DNA from: Eledone cirrhosa
Lineage: Eukaryota
Length of the DNA: 64,000 bases
Direction: 5' to 3'
NCBI GenBank assembly: GCA_964016885.1
Contig: OZ024742.1
Location: 208,320,001 to 208,384,000, forward strand
The notes under the pieces are model-generated. The model did no database searches. It was given only the letters and a program-made list of their open reading frames with translations, and had not been told where the DNA came from. The position numbers were made by a program, and so were the translations under genes. This document shows positions 28,501 through 41,150 of the stretch, in pieces (the stretch's first letter is position 1; the number at the start of each line of letters is the position of its first letter).

Positions 28501-29106
28501 CGATGACTTTGTCTGCCTGAGGGATATTTCTTAAAACACCTTTCAAGGCATGGTAAAAGGACAGTTTTTCTTCATCGACAGAATTCATAGTTGGAGCATA
28601 CACACTCACCAGGGTAGCATATCTTCCCTTGTCCAGCGGAACTCTCATGGACATAAGACGCTCACTAATCCCCACTGGGAATTCTTCTAATTTATTCACC
28701 AGTACAGTCTTAACAGCAAATCCCACCCCAGCCTCTCTTCTGGTTCCTTCATCTCTTCCTTTCCAGAAGAATGTATATTCTCCACAAAATTCCGCAAGAT
28801 GACCATCTCCGGCTAACCTCGTCTCAGACAAAGCCACGATGTCAAGATCGTAACGTCGAAGCTCCTTCGCAACAAGAGCGGTCCTTCGTTCAGGACGCTC
28901 CAAAGAATCCCCGTCAAGCAGCGTCCGTACGTTCCAGCAGCCAAGACTAAATGCCCTGTTTGGCTCTATTACAATGGCACGATGACGGGCGGGCCCAGGT
29001 TGTGATAACTTGGGGCCCCTGCCCTTATTGCCAATGATCTCTTTTGTTCCAGAACCCAAATTGGCAATTATCTCGTTTACATTGTTCTGGAACATCATTG
29101 AATTGG
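25058..29106 (-). mobile_element. RTE-clade LINE with a microsatellite-rich 3' UTR and (ATGT)n tail; 5' UTR missing
   Basis: Single ORF; 3' stem-loop CTCG-ATAA-CGAG and tandem-repeat tail typical of RTE. Confidence 0.9.
25553..29098 (-). CDS. RTE ORF: AP endonuclease + reverse transcriptase + three C2H2 zinc fingers (~1181 aa)
   Basis: GCWNVRTL, IVALSETRL, LGDFNARVG, TDHRLV, FVDLTKAFD, GVKQG, LLYADD; uninterrupted; first ATG after the microsatellite is at 29098. Confidence 0.92.
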   Translation of the reverse strand: MMFQNNVNEIIANLGSGTKEIIGNKGRGPKLSQPGPARHRAIVIEPNRAFSLGCWNVRTLLDGDSLERPERRTALVAKELRRYDLDIVALSETRLAGDGHLAEFCGEYTFFWKGRDEGTRREAGVGFAVKTVLVNKLEEFPVGISERLMSMRVPLDKGRYATLVSVYAPTMNSVDEEKLSFYHALKGVLRNIPQADKVIVLGDFNARVGRDFNTWNVIGRHGVGKCNSNGMLLLQMCEELDLCVTNTMFQQKNKFKTTWMHPASKEWHLLDYVLVRMRDRQDVQCVRVLRGAECWTDHRLVRAKVNLITKRKIRAPGVTLPKRLNAARLKDKNVKRTLEEEMQAADLGEDWPTLKKSVYDVGRRVLGLVQRKHQDWFNENDVHIEDLLADKRRALSRYLTAKPQERNTLHEELRDVKSRVRRSLSQMKDQWWSEKAGEIQTASDCNNTKLLYSLLREVYGPSSSLVTPIRSRDGKELLRDSQGILRRWREHFDDLLNQPSVVSEDFLNLIPESPVKVALAEPPTLVEVAVAISKLNSGRSPGMDGIHAELLQYGGERLLQHLHSLFGRIWANESVPEDWRDAVMVVLYKGKGNRNDCGNYRGISLLSVVGKVLCRVLLDRLLTHIADCVLPESQSGFRVGRGTTDMIFSARQLQEKCIEQGLDLYQVFVDLTKAFDTVNRDALWKILQKLGCPDKFLALVRSFHDDMRAWVNVGGNMSEPISVKNGVKQGDIPAPTLFAIYFAMVFCVAFRNCEHGVYIRYRTSGSIFNIRRFAAKTKVFTSVIRDLLYADDCDLVAHTESDMQHILNVFSDACTALGLTVSLKKTVVMYQPAPGRQYTEPNIYVYGKRLGVVDQFVYLGSTVNRYGNLDSEISLRIRKASDAFGKLERRLWGRRDICRRTKVRVYRACVLSCLLYACETWVTYRRHLRQLERFHQMCLRRIHGVRWRDHISDVEILESSMCDSIEALVLKQRLRWSGHLARMKDSRIPKQLFYGELVKGKRPPHKPKKRYKDSLKASLKDANISADTWENIAADRNKWRKTVYEGKVAFEASRIAHEKVKRDVRKGIAVALPDGEGPPMFLTCSVCARLCLSKAGLESHLRSHKVRPVVDYQAAVGDATHHACQTCGRECKSAGGLKRHAKVHELQPQPTIPSKCFGCRLCARHFRSLAGLKSHIRSQHC

Positions 29107-29203
29107 AAAAAAAAAAAAAAAAAAAAAAAAGTAATAATAATAGTAATAATAATAATAATAATAATAATACATACATACATACATACATACATACATACAT
29201 ACA

Positions 29204-29237
<34 letters not shown>

Positions 29238-29239
29238 CA

Positions 29240-29800
29240 TATATAATGATATGGGACAGGGAAAAGAAGGCATGCACAACAGTGGAAGTCAGCTGCCCTG
29301 CAGATGTCAATATAATATTAAAGATTAGCGAAAAGGAGAATATTTATGAAGAACCAATGAGAAATCTGCAGATGCTCCACCCTGATTATACCTTCAAATT
29401 TATGTCTGTGATTATCGGCGCACTGGGATATGTTAGTACCTGCCTTGAGAATCTGGGATTCACAGAAACAGAAAGAACACAACTAGTTAGGAAATTACAA
29501 GTACAATCCATTAATGGAGCAGTAAACATATGTAAAACATTCCTAACATTCTGCATCTAATAACTGCATATACACTTGTACATATACAAAGCATATGCCC
29601 ATGCACACGTACAACTCAAAACATACATATACACACATACGATAACATCCATACCTGCATATGCACACATGCAGGCATGCATATATATCTACCTAATTGA
29701 TGTTGTGTAAATTCCAATGAGAGAGTCTTGTATCTATGTTAGAAACCGACTCTCTCTCTATTGATAAAAATTTGTGAAATTATAAAACCAGAAGAACATA
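29240..29800 (+). mobile_element. 3' fragment of a restriction-like-endonuclease non-LTR element (R4/Dong-like) with its 3' UTR
   Basis: IWD..VEVSCPADVN..EKENIY..L..VIIGALG matches the PD-(D/E)xK RLE C-terminus. Confidence 0.7.
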
Positions 29801-30087
29801 CATACATGCAAGTGTACACACATACACACATACAAACATACAATTATACACCCATACATACTTACATAAATACAGTTATATATTAATAAATACATACGCA
29901 CATTCACATATATTTTTAATATAAATTCACATATATATGTACATGTTAGTGTGAATGTGTAAGAGCGTGTGTACAAGTGTATAGTTGCAAGATATGTCTA
30001 CATGAATGGACCTGTTATCTTTATCTAAAGACATCTTTTCCAATTCCATTCCGCCCGTCCCCTCAATATGTGTTATTACTCATTCTT

Positions 30088-30123
30088 TCTTCTGATGAAG
30101 GACTAGCGTCCGAAACATTAAGA
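30088..30123 (+). ncRNA. Minimal type I hammerhead motif (family C)
   Basis: tctt CTGATGA a GGAC tagc GTCC GAAAC ATT aaga; a more decayed copy lies at 38665-38700. Confidence 0.6.
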
Positions 30124-30228
30124 CCCTCTTCCTGCTCTATCAAGCTAATATATCCTTTCCATATACTGTACCGATTGTGTTGTTATTTCTGTTTACCTTT
30201 TACACACACACACATATATATATATATA

Positions 30229-30426
30229 TTTCGTTTCTGAATTTGTTTAGCAAGATTCTTTATCTGAAAACGTGTGTTGAAACCGATATTGTTATACTTT
30301 GGGAGGGTCATGTTGCCAATAAGAAACACACGCACCAGATGTTTCACTTCAATTTATTATAATACATTGAAGTGAAACCAACTGGTGCGTGTGTTTCTTA
30401 TTGGCAAGATGACCCTCCCAAAGTAT

Positions 30427-30433
<7 letters not shown>
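30229..30433. repeat. pLTR-family fragment with fold-back hairpin (30286-30433)
   Basis: ~70-bp inverted arms centred near 30360. Confidence 0.8.
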
Positions 30434-30516
<83 letters not shown>

Positions 30517-33500
30517 ATAATATATATATGCGCGCGCACGTGTCTGTCTGTGTCTGTGGACAAATTCATGTTCACTATTACCTATATATATATATAGATC
30601 TTGCTGAGGAACTTCCATAACGCCCCCGTCAATATTACCTGACTCGTAACCATCACAGTCAGAATTACTCTCAACTGAACTTGCATTTGTTACATTAGGA
30701 TGGATAAAATAAATTAATAATCATGTCATATGACTGATGACATCGATAATATCCTCCTTCAAATGTTGTGTCTCGTTGTGTATGCTAGAAGCAATTGAGA
30801 GTATTTGTTATCTAAGTATAGAACCTATACATTTATATTCTTCATAGTAGTGGAATAACCGTATAAAAGTAATATTCAAATTGTGTTTCATCATGTCTGC
30901 AATGACGTATTTTAATCTCAACCAGAATATTTCTGGAATATCTCCAAATATGTTACGCACCTCCATCTCATTCATCGAGGCAAGGTATATATTTTGTTCA
31001 AAATCCAGCACTTGAACTTCAATTACCATGCTTACTGCTTAAAAGAGTCTACTCATCTAATATTCTTTATAACATTTTCAGATGTGTTTCTATTTGTTCT
31101 AGTCGCAATCGTTTGCTCTACCCGCCTATATATATCATACATCAGCTGACAGCTTTCTTGATCACTATCATTCAACTTAGAAATGGTGTCTTAAGATTAA
31201 TAGCTTATTAATGCAAGACTATTATATTCTAAAAGCATTTGACTTTCACAAATAATCTATTGCTCAAAACAAACATTTACATGATAACAAATAAATCCAT
31301 ATTTCTCGGAATCTTCAAGGATCTGACAGGTTTTAGATTAGAAATTCATATCGCTGTGATGGATAACCTACGGCTAATCGACGCTTACAAGGTCCGTGTA
31401 TGTCAGGTCAAGAATGTTATGCTGTTTTGAATTAAGTTTAATAATAAATGTATGTCTGTTTGGGATACTCTTAGAAATATTAAGTATTATTTGTGTATTT
31501 CACTAAAATAATAATTTTCTATATTACTGAATAGCTTTAAAGAATACCATCACGTTATCAGGTGGCTTATAGCTGCTTATGGGATGAATAAAATGTTGGA
31601 TTAAACATTTAAGAATACTCTTCTGAAATCACAGCTGGAATGATGCGTTGTATTTCAACAAGTAACACGGGTTTATTTATATCATCAACGGATATCTGCT
31701 GTTTTAGAAATATGTAGTGGGGGAAGTTAAACCATTTGAAAATTTAATATCCGTATTGTTAGCACAGTGGATAGAAAATCACATGAAATTTTTTCTTAGT
31801 AGTTATTGATTTTTCTACTCACTGTTAATATTCCGACAAATCTATCCTGCTTCTGGTCATCTTCACGGGCATAGTCATTTTTATTTTCCTGTCTTGCTCA
31901 AGGTTTCAATTGTCTTTCATTTCATGTTAAATAGTTTTCTCTGAATATTAGCTCTTCCTCGGTGTACTATTTTCTGTACTTATTTTATTGTTAACTATAT
32001 TTGTATATAGATTTCTACATCCAAAACATTTGATATTTTCTTTTTCCAAGTGTTCCTATTCGGAGGACCATAAATGAGATCTTGTTTTCTGTTGGGCAGT
32101 AAATGATTCGGATCTCACACTTTTTAAAACGATGAAATAATTTTCACCTATCTATTTTCCTTCACCCAGTGACATATATAAGAAAATCAAGCTATTTACA
32201 TTCTCCATAAACGTATATTGGACATGCGTGATCCCTTTTGGTGCTGGTGGTATGTATGGTTCCATATCATGTGAATATTTCACTTAAAATTTATTACGCC
32301 GCATTTCATTTTTTCTTTGTGTATACTATACCAAAGCGGCTTTCGTGAGGCATACAGTCAATATATAGCTGAAATATAGTCTACATGACAACACATGTAG
32401 TATTTGAGTTTTATATTCACTTCTGTATTTATTTCTGCTAGTTCTTAGTCTAGAGATTTGGATCGAGATAAGCACATTTAAAAGACATAAAATTCAAATT
32501 TCACCCAATATCAAGTATGCTTACAAAGGCACTGACATATACATACGCTCACGAAAAATTCCTAAAAGAGTAAATCTCATAAAACAATATCGTTATTATT
32601 ATTTCGTTTTATAATTCTCGTGACTACAAACGTTGGCTCCGACGTATAAATTATAAATATATTCCGAGCACCATACCCCAATTCAAGGTCGTGTTTTATT
32701 ATCTGCGTGAATGCAAATATTATTACGCGAAACACGCCAAGAAAGGCTTAATTCGGTGTACTGCATGTGATTGTCGTATATATGTTTTTTTTTTCCATTA
32801 TAGTTTAGCGAGACGAGGGAATACAGAATAATCCAGGCTTCTGTAATCGGTGAGGTAACAAATAGAAGAATAGAAGAAACGACTCCTTATATGTTCCATT
32901 AGCTTATACTAGTCGGGATCGTTGTTTTAATGATTAAATCAGAGTCAACTCCGATCAATATGCCCGTGAGAAATAGGGTAGTTTCGATATGAGCGACGAA
33001 TTAAAACTATTATATAAGGGCAAAAGCAATTTATTCAAGGGGCAGATATCCCGTCCCAGTTTACTCAATTTTACTAACAACTGATGAAATTGATCTGTCC
33101 AGGGACTATGGATAAATCTATGTGTCAAACGTGCTAGATGAGGAATTCCAACTGACAACGAGCGATTATAGAACGAATCTCTAAAACACACGGCCGAACT
33201 CTTGTGAAGACAATTAGAGGAAACATTCCTGAGAAAGTCGTACTTCACAAATCTGATGTCGCTGGACGTGAGAATAAGTACTGCATGGTGAATTAAGGAT
33301 AAATAATAAATGTTATTATGACTAACGGATTGGTTATGTTTTTCTAGAGCTTCAGGTGAATAATCAGTAGTCTGATGATCTTGTGGGAACACATATGTAA
33401 TTTCAGTGTAACAAGCCTTCTCACTTAGTCACAATAAACGGTATATATGTATAATAATAAAGAGTGCACAAGGGCTTAGTCAAAGGAGGAAAATATAGAA

Positions 33501-33792
33501 AGGATAGAAACAGTGAAACAGAAAAGAAGGACTGTAGTCCAATGTGCAAACAGAGAAGGACACTCCTGCGTAGAAAAGGTAAGAACAGAGAATAGGGGAA
33601 AGCATACCGGTGGTGTGATGTCTATAATATAATAGTTTGAAAAATCAAAGCCCACATGACAATGTCTTTAGAATATAAATTCAAATAGGGGGCGCAGAGG
33701 ACAAAGACAATGGAAAAAACAATGGGAAGATGAACAGTTTCATCTCCTCAGTCAAACTCTGGAAATCACTACATACAATATATATATATATG

Positions 33793-33951
33793 AGAAGAGT
33801 CAGGACCCCGACAGCTAAGCTGCGGCAGTTTCGAGAGCTAGATCCGAACTCTACTACCATAACGCACCAGAGGACTCAATACTTAGGGTAGTAGAGTTCG
33901 AATCTAGCTGTCGAAAGTACCCGAGCTCAGCCGTCGGGGTCCTGACTCTTT

Positions 33952-33953
<2 letters not shown>
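33793..33953. repeat. Imperfect hairpin element between (TA)n runs
   Basis: AAGAGTCAGGACCCCGAC...GTCGGGGTCCTGACTCTT; loop sequence shared with 15328-15367. Confidence 0.75.
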
Positions 33954-34028
<75 letters not shown>

Positions 34029-34203
34029 ATATATTTGGCAATATACTGTATGCTTGATTAAGAACATTTTGAAAACCATTCGCTATGAGTTTTAAAGTAG
34101 TGGCTATGTCACTTACTTATCCTTGGCAAAAGCAAAGGAGAGTAATCGACAATCCTGTTTCTTGCTCGTTAGCGGTTATCAAGACTACACACCCCTTCGC
34201 TTC

Positions 34204-34272
<69 letters not shown>

Positions 34273-34481
34273 AAAGTTCTATTTAAAGTTGTTGGGATAC
34301 AACAAGTAAATATTTTTATAACTCTCCGTCTTTTTTCTTTTTCTTTCTCTCCGTCTTTTTCTAATTGTGCTTAACACTATGACTTATTATATAAACAAAT
34401 CACTATCCAGACAGCCTCCAAAAGTAATGGTTGTATTTTAAAAGGGTACGTCAAAGCTATTTGTAAAACTATTATATATTG

Positions 34482-34546
34482 TATTTTGTCTGATGAAGGC
34501 ATACCATAATTTAATGTGGTATCCCTGAAATATGTATAATGAAATA
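34482..34546 (+). ncRNA. Type I hammerhead motif (family A)
   Basis: tattttgt CTGATGA aggcataccata-atttaa-tgtggtatccct GAAA tatgtata atgaaata. Confidence 0.72.
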
Positions 34547-34586
34547 AATATGGTTTTATAAATATAGTTTCCATTTATTAATATCG

Positions 34587-34651
<65 letters not shown>

Positions 34652-34704
34652 GCGTGTGTGTGTGGGTGTATGTGTGTGTGTGTGTGTGTGTGTGCACGTG
34701 TAGT

Positions 34705-34880
34705 GGAGGCACGTGGCCTAGTGGAAAGACTGTTGAACATATGATCATAATGTCGTGGGTCCGATTTCTGCACCTCGGTGTGTGTTGTGTTCTTGAGCAA
34801 AACACTGCATTTGATGTTGCTTCAATATACTTCGCTAAAAAGGAGCACTAGTAATAGCTGAGTGGTTAACCCTGCGGTTG
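34705..34880 (+). mobile_element. Second tRNA-derived SINE family (decayed)
   Basis: GGAGGCACGTGGCCTAGTGG A box, GGTCCGATT B-like box, GTGTTCTTGAGCAAAACACT conserved SINE body motif. Confidence 0.65.
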
Positions 34881-36009
34881 ATATTTATGACTGATTTGAT
34901 GTCTGTATGATAGCAATCATCTGTAGTTTCTATTTTTGTAAAAGTGCTTAGTAACAATGAAATGATCAAAACTACGAAAAAATTCGGGAATGTACTTAAA
35001 ACATGTAATCAAATTTATTGGTCCGTGTTTAACATGTTTAGTTAATTTACTTACATACCTAGAGTTTTATATTTTATTTCCTTCAATAAAATGTTTCTTT
35101 CAATACTTTGTTTCTTTCAATAAAATGAACTGTTGAATGGTCATGCAAAACATTGTTCTCAAATAAAAACGTGTTTGTGTGATATCAATTATAATCTCTT
35201 GTCATTAGTAGTAGCAGCTCGCAACGTATTTTCTGTGAATTACCTATAGAATGGCGCAAATAATTGTATTACACTTGTTAGGGCATAAATGTTCTTTCTT
35301 ATAGTTTAATGTGACTAGCGACATGAGCACACTGAAATTTATTCACGATCTCTGAAATTGGAGGTAGAAAGGGTGGAACAAACCATGCCTCATTTCTTTC
35401 ATTCGGCGAAGAAAAGCCGGCTGCACCTCGCTGTCTTATCAATCGCAACTTCCTCATCACTACATTTATCCATTCTTTCCTTATATGCATATATATATGC
35501 ATATGTTTGTTTGTTTGTGTATGTCTGTCAGTGTTTGTGTAAATTTAATTGTGTATATGTATAAAACAAAAAATCATCCTAATTTAATTTCTCGTTCTAT
35601 CCTTTTATCCTTTTGTCTTTCTATTTAATATTTCTCGTTCACATATTATTACTCCACCACGTCTGGCAATATAACCAGCCTAACATAGATAATCAATGTT
35701 TTCTAAATTTAGATAAAGCTAGTTTCGTATTTCACCCAATAAATTTTAGAAATATATTTCTTCTATCGATCCAATTTAACTATCATCTTTCTTAAATGTT
35801 AATATTTACTCCCGGGAAAAACTATCGGAACTGACATTAATATCTAATAAGAATTGTTGTTTTAGAGAGTAATAGATGAAACACAGCAGCAAGGACTACC
35901 TCAGTCAACCTCATAGAAATTATCTAACCACCTTGTTTTTAGTCACTACCATTCTTCAAAATTGACAATTCTGCCTTCACTACCTATCCGATACAAAGGT
36001 GGTTTTCAA

Positions 36010-36086
<77 letters not shown>

Positions 36087-36272
36087 GCGTATAGAAATGG
36101 TTAGATAGATGTATATGAATATTTCATTTTCATTTGCATGCATGTGAATAAGATACATCTAAAGACAGTATAACCGAAGGAATTTTCCAACAAGCTCGTG
36201 ATCAGTTTATGCATACGCATACGCTGTCGTCTCTCGCTTCTCTCACATTACACACACGCACGCACATACGCG

Positions 36273-36351
<79 letters not shown>

Positions 36352-36968
36352 GCGCGCATATATATATATATAAATTTGTTTAGATAATTCTATTGACTGA
36401 TTAATTGCATAAGTTTATTTTAAAAACTAGCCGGTCGAGAGCTTAATTCGATTTGTGCTGTTTTTGCAATTTTTGCATTGATTTACACATACTAAATTCA
36501 TTTGCCAAAATCTGGGGTTTTCTCTCCTGTTAGTTACACACGTGCTTTCACTGCTACAAAACACTATGTGATCCACAATGCTGGCGCAGAACAAAATACC
36601 TGTTGATAACGTGATAGCCTTGTTCGATCCTTATACCAAAAGCTTATTTTTTAAGCAGACAGTATTATTGATTTAGGTGTCGCAGAAACCCTGTACTGGA
36701 TTATACCATCATTCCCAGGGGTCCGGGTGAATATTTCATTTATTTTGTTTGACCCGTTTAGCTTGACTCGTTTTGGGGGGACTTAGGTGGTTGATAGCTT
36801 CTTAACCGCCTTCTAAGTTTGTTTGGCCTTTATAACCTATGTTTATTCCTCTGGTATCTTTTGGTCCAGGGAGCGCTTGTCAGCCTGACTTGAAAATTGC
36901 GTTGCGCTTCGCTTATTTCTACCCGCAGAAATACGATTCTCGCTGAATTTACATATATATATATATAT

Positions 36969-38360
36969 AAGAGTGTTTTATATTTATATGGAAACATCGT
37001 TTTGAGAAAATCGCCTCATGTCGATTGCGCCCTTACCTCATTTTATATGGCAGCTAAACAAGCAAAGGTACGAGAAGATACAAATATATTTATTGATTGA
37101 ATAGTTTGGGGAAGGTTTTGACATTACAAGCCAGAACGTTCTCCAAAGAACGAATGACCCATCTGAAGAATAAAGTCCCTTTGAGATACAGTGGGAAGAT
37201 CGGATGTCTTCATTCATGGGTGGTGTTGACGTGGAATATGTGACAACCATTCACAAGAAGGAAAAGAAGATTCTTGATATGAAATAAAAAGACAGAGCAG
37301 GGGTGAAGAAGTGAAGATATTCGAGAAAGTAACTCTTGAACGTTCGTCACCCAGCCCAGCTATTAATATAATAGTAATTATATCTTTTTAGTCAGCACTG
37401 CCTCGAGAATCACTGCAAATAAAGCCTACGTTCGACGCTACTCTTATTGCAGCGTTTGAATGGGAGAAGCTATCGGTACGCCAAGCAAGTACTTCTTACA
37501 TCGTAATTGCGAAGAGTCTTGGCCATGATGTGTTTGAACTCTAAATTTCCCCCTCAACTCTTTATCGTGCAAGAACTCAAGATGGCTCGGGAAATCTAGT
37601 TATCCGCTTTCCCATTTGAAGACAGATCCTGGCTAGTCCTCCACGGGAATGGAGAAACATTACCATCGGCTTCCCAATCCAGCACACTTGAAGAGCAGAT
37701 TTCAGTTTCATTACAAGAAAAGAAAAGGAAGAAATATTAAGTGGTCCGATTGCAAGAGACGAAACAGGACAACAAATTGCTGAAGTCGTTTTGTAAGAAA
37801 TTCAGCGACTCAAAATTTAAGATAAAATAATTGGTGTACACTGCCAGTAACATCCGCATACACCAGGAGCCAACATGAAAATTGCAGCGGTTCTGAAAAC
37901 ATCCCTTTTGTGACTGGTTTGCTGCCATCACATTCTTAGACTGGTTTTGAAGAAAGCTTTGGAGATCTTTTTCCCATCATCTGGTTCCTGTATCCTAATG
38001 TTGAAAAAGTTCCAGGAATGTTGGGATTCCATCTTTAATTTTCATTATAAAGCTACGTTCGATGATGAGGAGCACATGGAAGAATTTTACAAACAAAAGA
38101 CGGTGGAGGGTTAGATAACCACTGACTATACTGCTTCCTGGAGGTCATAGCCGAGAAGACTGTAGACTTCATAAAACTCTCTCTTCCGTCATCCTAAGTT
38201 CTCACTCTCTGAGTAAGGAACTTACCATGAGGCTCGTTGGATGGCTAAGGCTATATATGTGATCAAGATAGTTCTGTTCAAAGAACAAATTACGTTTACA
38301 TCACGCGAGTCGAGGGATATAGAAACGGTCGTTTCCGGTAATAAGCTTCACTGATGAAAT
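36969..38360 (+). pseudogene. Decayed DNA transposase, probably hATm-like
   Basis: Remnant motifs (T)TASN, LVCCHHILRLVL and YHEARWMAKAIYVIKIVLFKEQ; many stops; superfamily assignment is from memory of these motifs. Confidence 0.55.
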
Positions 38361-38762
38361 GTGTTCCCTCTTTAACCCCAATATTATTGTGTAATCAGAA
38401 CATATTCATCTCGATTATTTTCTGTTAATTTTATTTTGTCACGTAGTTTCCTTATTTGATTTTGTCAAGTGAACAGGACAATATACCACTAGAAAGATCC
38501 TCCCAAAATAGTTATAAATAAAAAGATGTGAAAGTGTGAAAGTTGTACGATTGATCTATAATTCGGCATACATACTTATTTCATCAGCTTAAACAGGGGC
38601 GTAATCAATATTAGATGATTGGCAAATAGTTTGCAAAATGGATTACTCTATTTATAATTCTACCTTTTGATGAAAGACTAGTGTCCGAAACGATGCGACT
38701 CTTTTCCTGTTATTTCAAGCGTGGAACTAACATATTTCTTCAGTGACCTGAGGCGTTTTCTT

Positions 38763-38770
38763 TATTACTT

Positions 38771-38805
<35 letters not shown>

Positions 38806-38810
38806 TACTT

Positions 38811-38843
<33 letters not shown>

Positions 38844-38848
38844 TACTT

Positions 38849-38895
<47 letters not shown>

Positions 38896-38897
38896 TG

Positions 38898-38933
<36 letters not shown>

Positions 38934-38938
38934 TACTT

Positions 38939-38973
<35 letters not shown>

Positions 38974-38976
38974 TTC

Positions 38977-39015
<39 letters not shown>
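38763..39015. repeat. Minisatellite TATTACTTTG(TG)n(TA)n, ~6 units
   Basis: Unit visible at 38763, 38803, 38841 and 38931, plus variants. Confidence 0.8.
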
Positions 39016-39017
<2 letters not shown>

Positions 39018-39119
39018 GAAAAAATGGAGAATACCATGGTCAACAGTACAAAAAAGGGGATTTATTTACAGTGTAGCAATTGTTTCACTGATATAGTTGT
39101 CTAAATTTGCTAAACACTG

Positions 39120-39800
39120 AATGTAGTGCCATTCAATTTAAAATAAATGTTGGCCCCATCATATCTTCAGAAGCTACCTTTCACTTTCTTCAAATTAGTT
39201 GACAAACACTTCTGTAAAATTCATAAATATCATAAAATCTTAAATAGAAAAACTATCAAACTATCATACTCCACTGCCAACAACATAGAATCGCACATTC
39301 ATAAAATTAACTATAAAAGAATTTATAATTCAAGTAGCCCGCAAATAATTACCATAACACCAAATATAAAACATCATCGCAACAAACCACACGCCAGAGC
39401 ACACCACCACAATACATCAACAAACCCAATTCACAGCCCATACATAGCAGCCTACAAAACCATATAGTAGAACCGGTGCATAGAAAAGTATCCAAATGTA
39501 ACTGCTACCTACCTGACAAATGCCCTTTACAAAACAGATGCCTAAAGACAAATATAGTATACCTATGTACTATAAATTCAGGTAGCTTGGCACGGTATTA
39601 CATTGGTTTGACAGCTGGTGAATTTAAGAAAAGGTTGTACGTACATAGACATTCTAGAACTAACAATAATCTCTCGAATACAACAACTCTCGCCAATAAA
39701 ATCAGGCAACTCAAGAATGCAAACATAGAATATGAAATCTGCTGGATAAAACTATCAAATTGCTATGTACCACTGCAGTCTCTGTAATATGGAACTTTTC
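39120..39800 (+). pseudogene. Penelope-like GIY-YIG fragment (Naiad-like)
   Basis: HKYHKILNRKTIKLSYST; CNCYLPDKCPLQNRCL..IVYLC..YYIGLTAGEFKKRLYVH. Confidence 0.8.
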
Positions 39801-39874
39801 TAAATTCTAAATATCAACATATATATATATAGATATATATATAGATATATACAAACATACGCACACGCACACAA

Positions 39875-39929
<55 letters not shown>

Positions 39930-39973
39930 GGAATAGTTATAGTTTATGTTGTTCACTTTCTAATTAATGTATT

Positions 39974-40010
<37 letters not shown>

Positions 40011-40011
40011 A

Positions 40012-40046
<35 letters not shown>

Positions 40047-40175
40047 AATATATATATAAATATATATATATATAAATATGTATACATATATATATAAATA
40101 TATATACATATATATATAAATATATATACATATATATATAAATATATATACATATATATATATAAATATATATAC

Positions 40176-40208
<33 letters not shown>

Positions 40209-40291
40209 AATATATATATAAATATATATACATATAGGGAATATATATATATTACCTAACATATATATAATACATATTTTTCTTTTGTCGC

Positions 40292-40391
40292 ATCACCAGT
40301 CTGAGGAGCGGATCGACACTGCTGTCGGGTCCATAACTCCTATGGGTGACCTTGAATCCAATCGTCTGCGAAACGCGCGTAACAGGGCGAT
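40292..40391 (+). ncRNA. Type I hammerhead with expanded (~60-nt) stem II
   Basis: CTGAGGA GCGGAT...GTCTGC GAAACGCGCGTA; palindromic stem III; stem I imperfect. Confidence 0.65.
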
Positions 40392-40516
40392 ACCTAATAC
40401 GTAGTTTTCATATGTAAACAAAACTTCCTCGTTATTTTATTATATATATATCATCATCTTCGTTTAACGTCATCATCTTCGTTTAACGTCAATCTCCCAC
40501 GCTAGCATGGGTTAGA

Positions 40517-40695
<179 letters not shown>

Positions 40696-40858
40696 CACAT
40701 ATATATATATACCGGTGTGTATGATTGTGTATAGAAAATTATATTAATAAAAGGAATTCCAACTTTGTCTGATTTACTCGTTTTATTTAAAACCCTTTAA
40801 AATCATAATGATATTATAATGAAATAGTATGGTAGATTATTAAATGTTAAGTTTTAAT

Positions 40859-40897
40859 TGAACAAGTACTTTCATGCTTTCGCAATCTTCAGGTTCA
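40859..40897 (-). ncRNA. Minimal type I hammerhead motif
   Basis: Reverse complement: tgaac CTGAAGA tTGC gaaa GCAt GAAA GTAC TT gttca. Confidence 0.65.
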
Positions 40898-40969
40898 TAT
40901 TCTGTGGTGACAGTCAAGTTTGCAATTTTCAACTTAAAAATTGCAAACTTGACTGTCACAAAGTTCGGT

Positions 40970-41150
40970 GAATTGGCAGTATCGGTAGAGGGTTGGACGC
41001 CATGCTTTCTAGCATAGTTACGTCCCTTTACGGTCTGAGTTCAAATCCCGCCAAGGTTAACTTTGCCTTTCATCCTTACGTGGTCGATGAAATAAAGTAC
41101 CGGCAATGTACTGGGATAATTGCTGGCCGTGTGCCAAAAGTAGAAATAAT
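40970..41150 (+). mobile_element. tRNA-derived SINE
   Basis: Same family as 23246-23429. Confidence 0.85.

Noticed and set aside
29099-29224. N-terminal extension of the 1223-aa ORF
   Set aside because: Read-through of flanking (ATGT)n/(TTA)n/poly-T microsatellites
32955-33392. 145-aa ORF in slightly more complex sequence
   Set aside because: No recognisable motif; possibly the antisense of an old transposon
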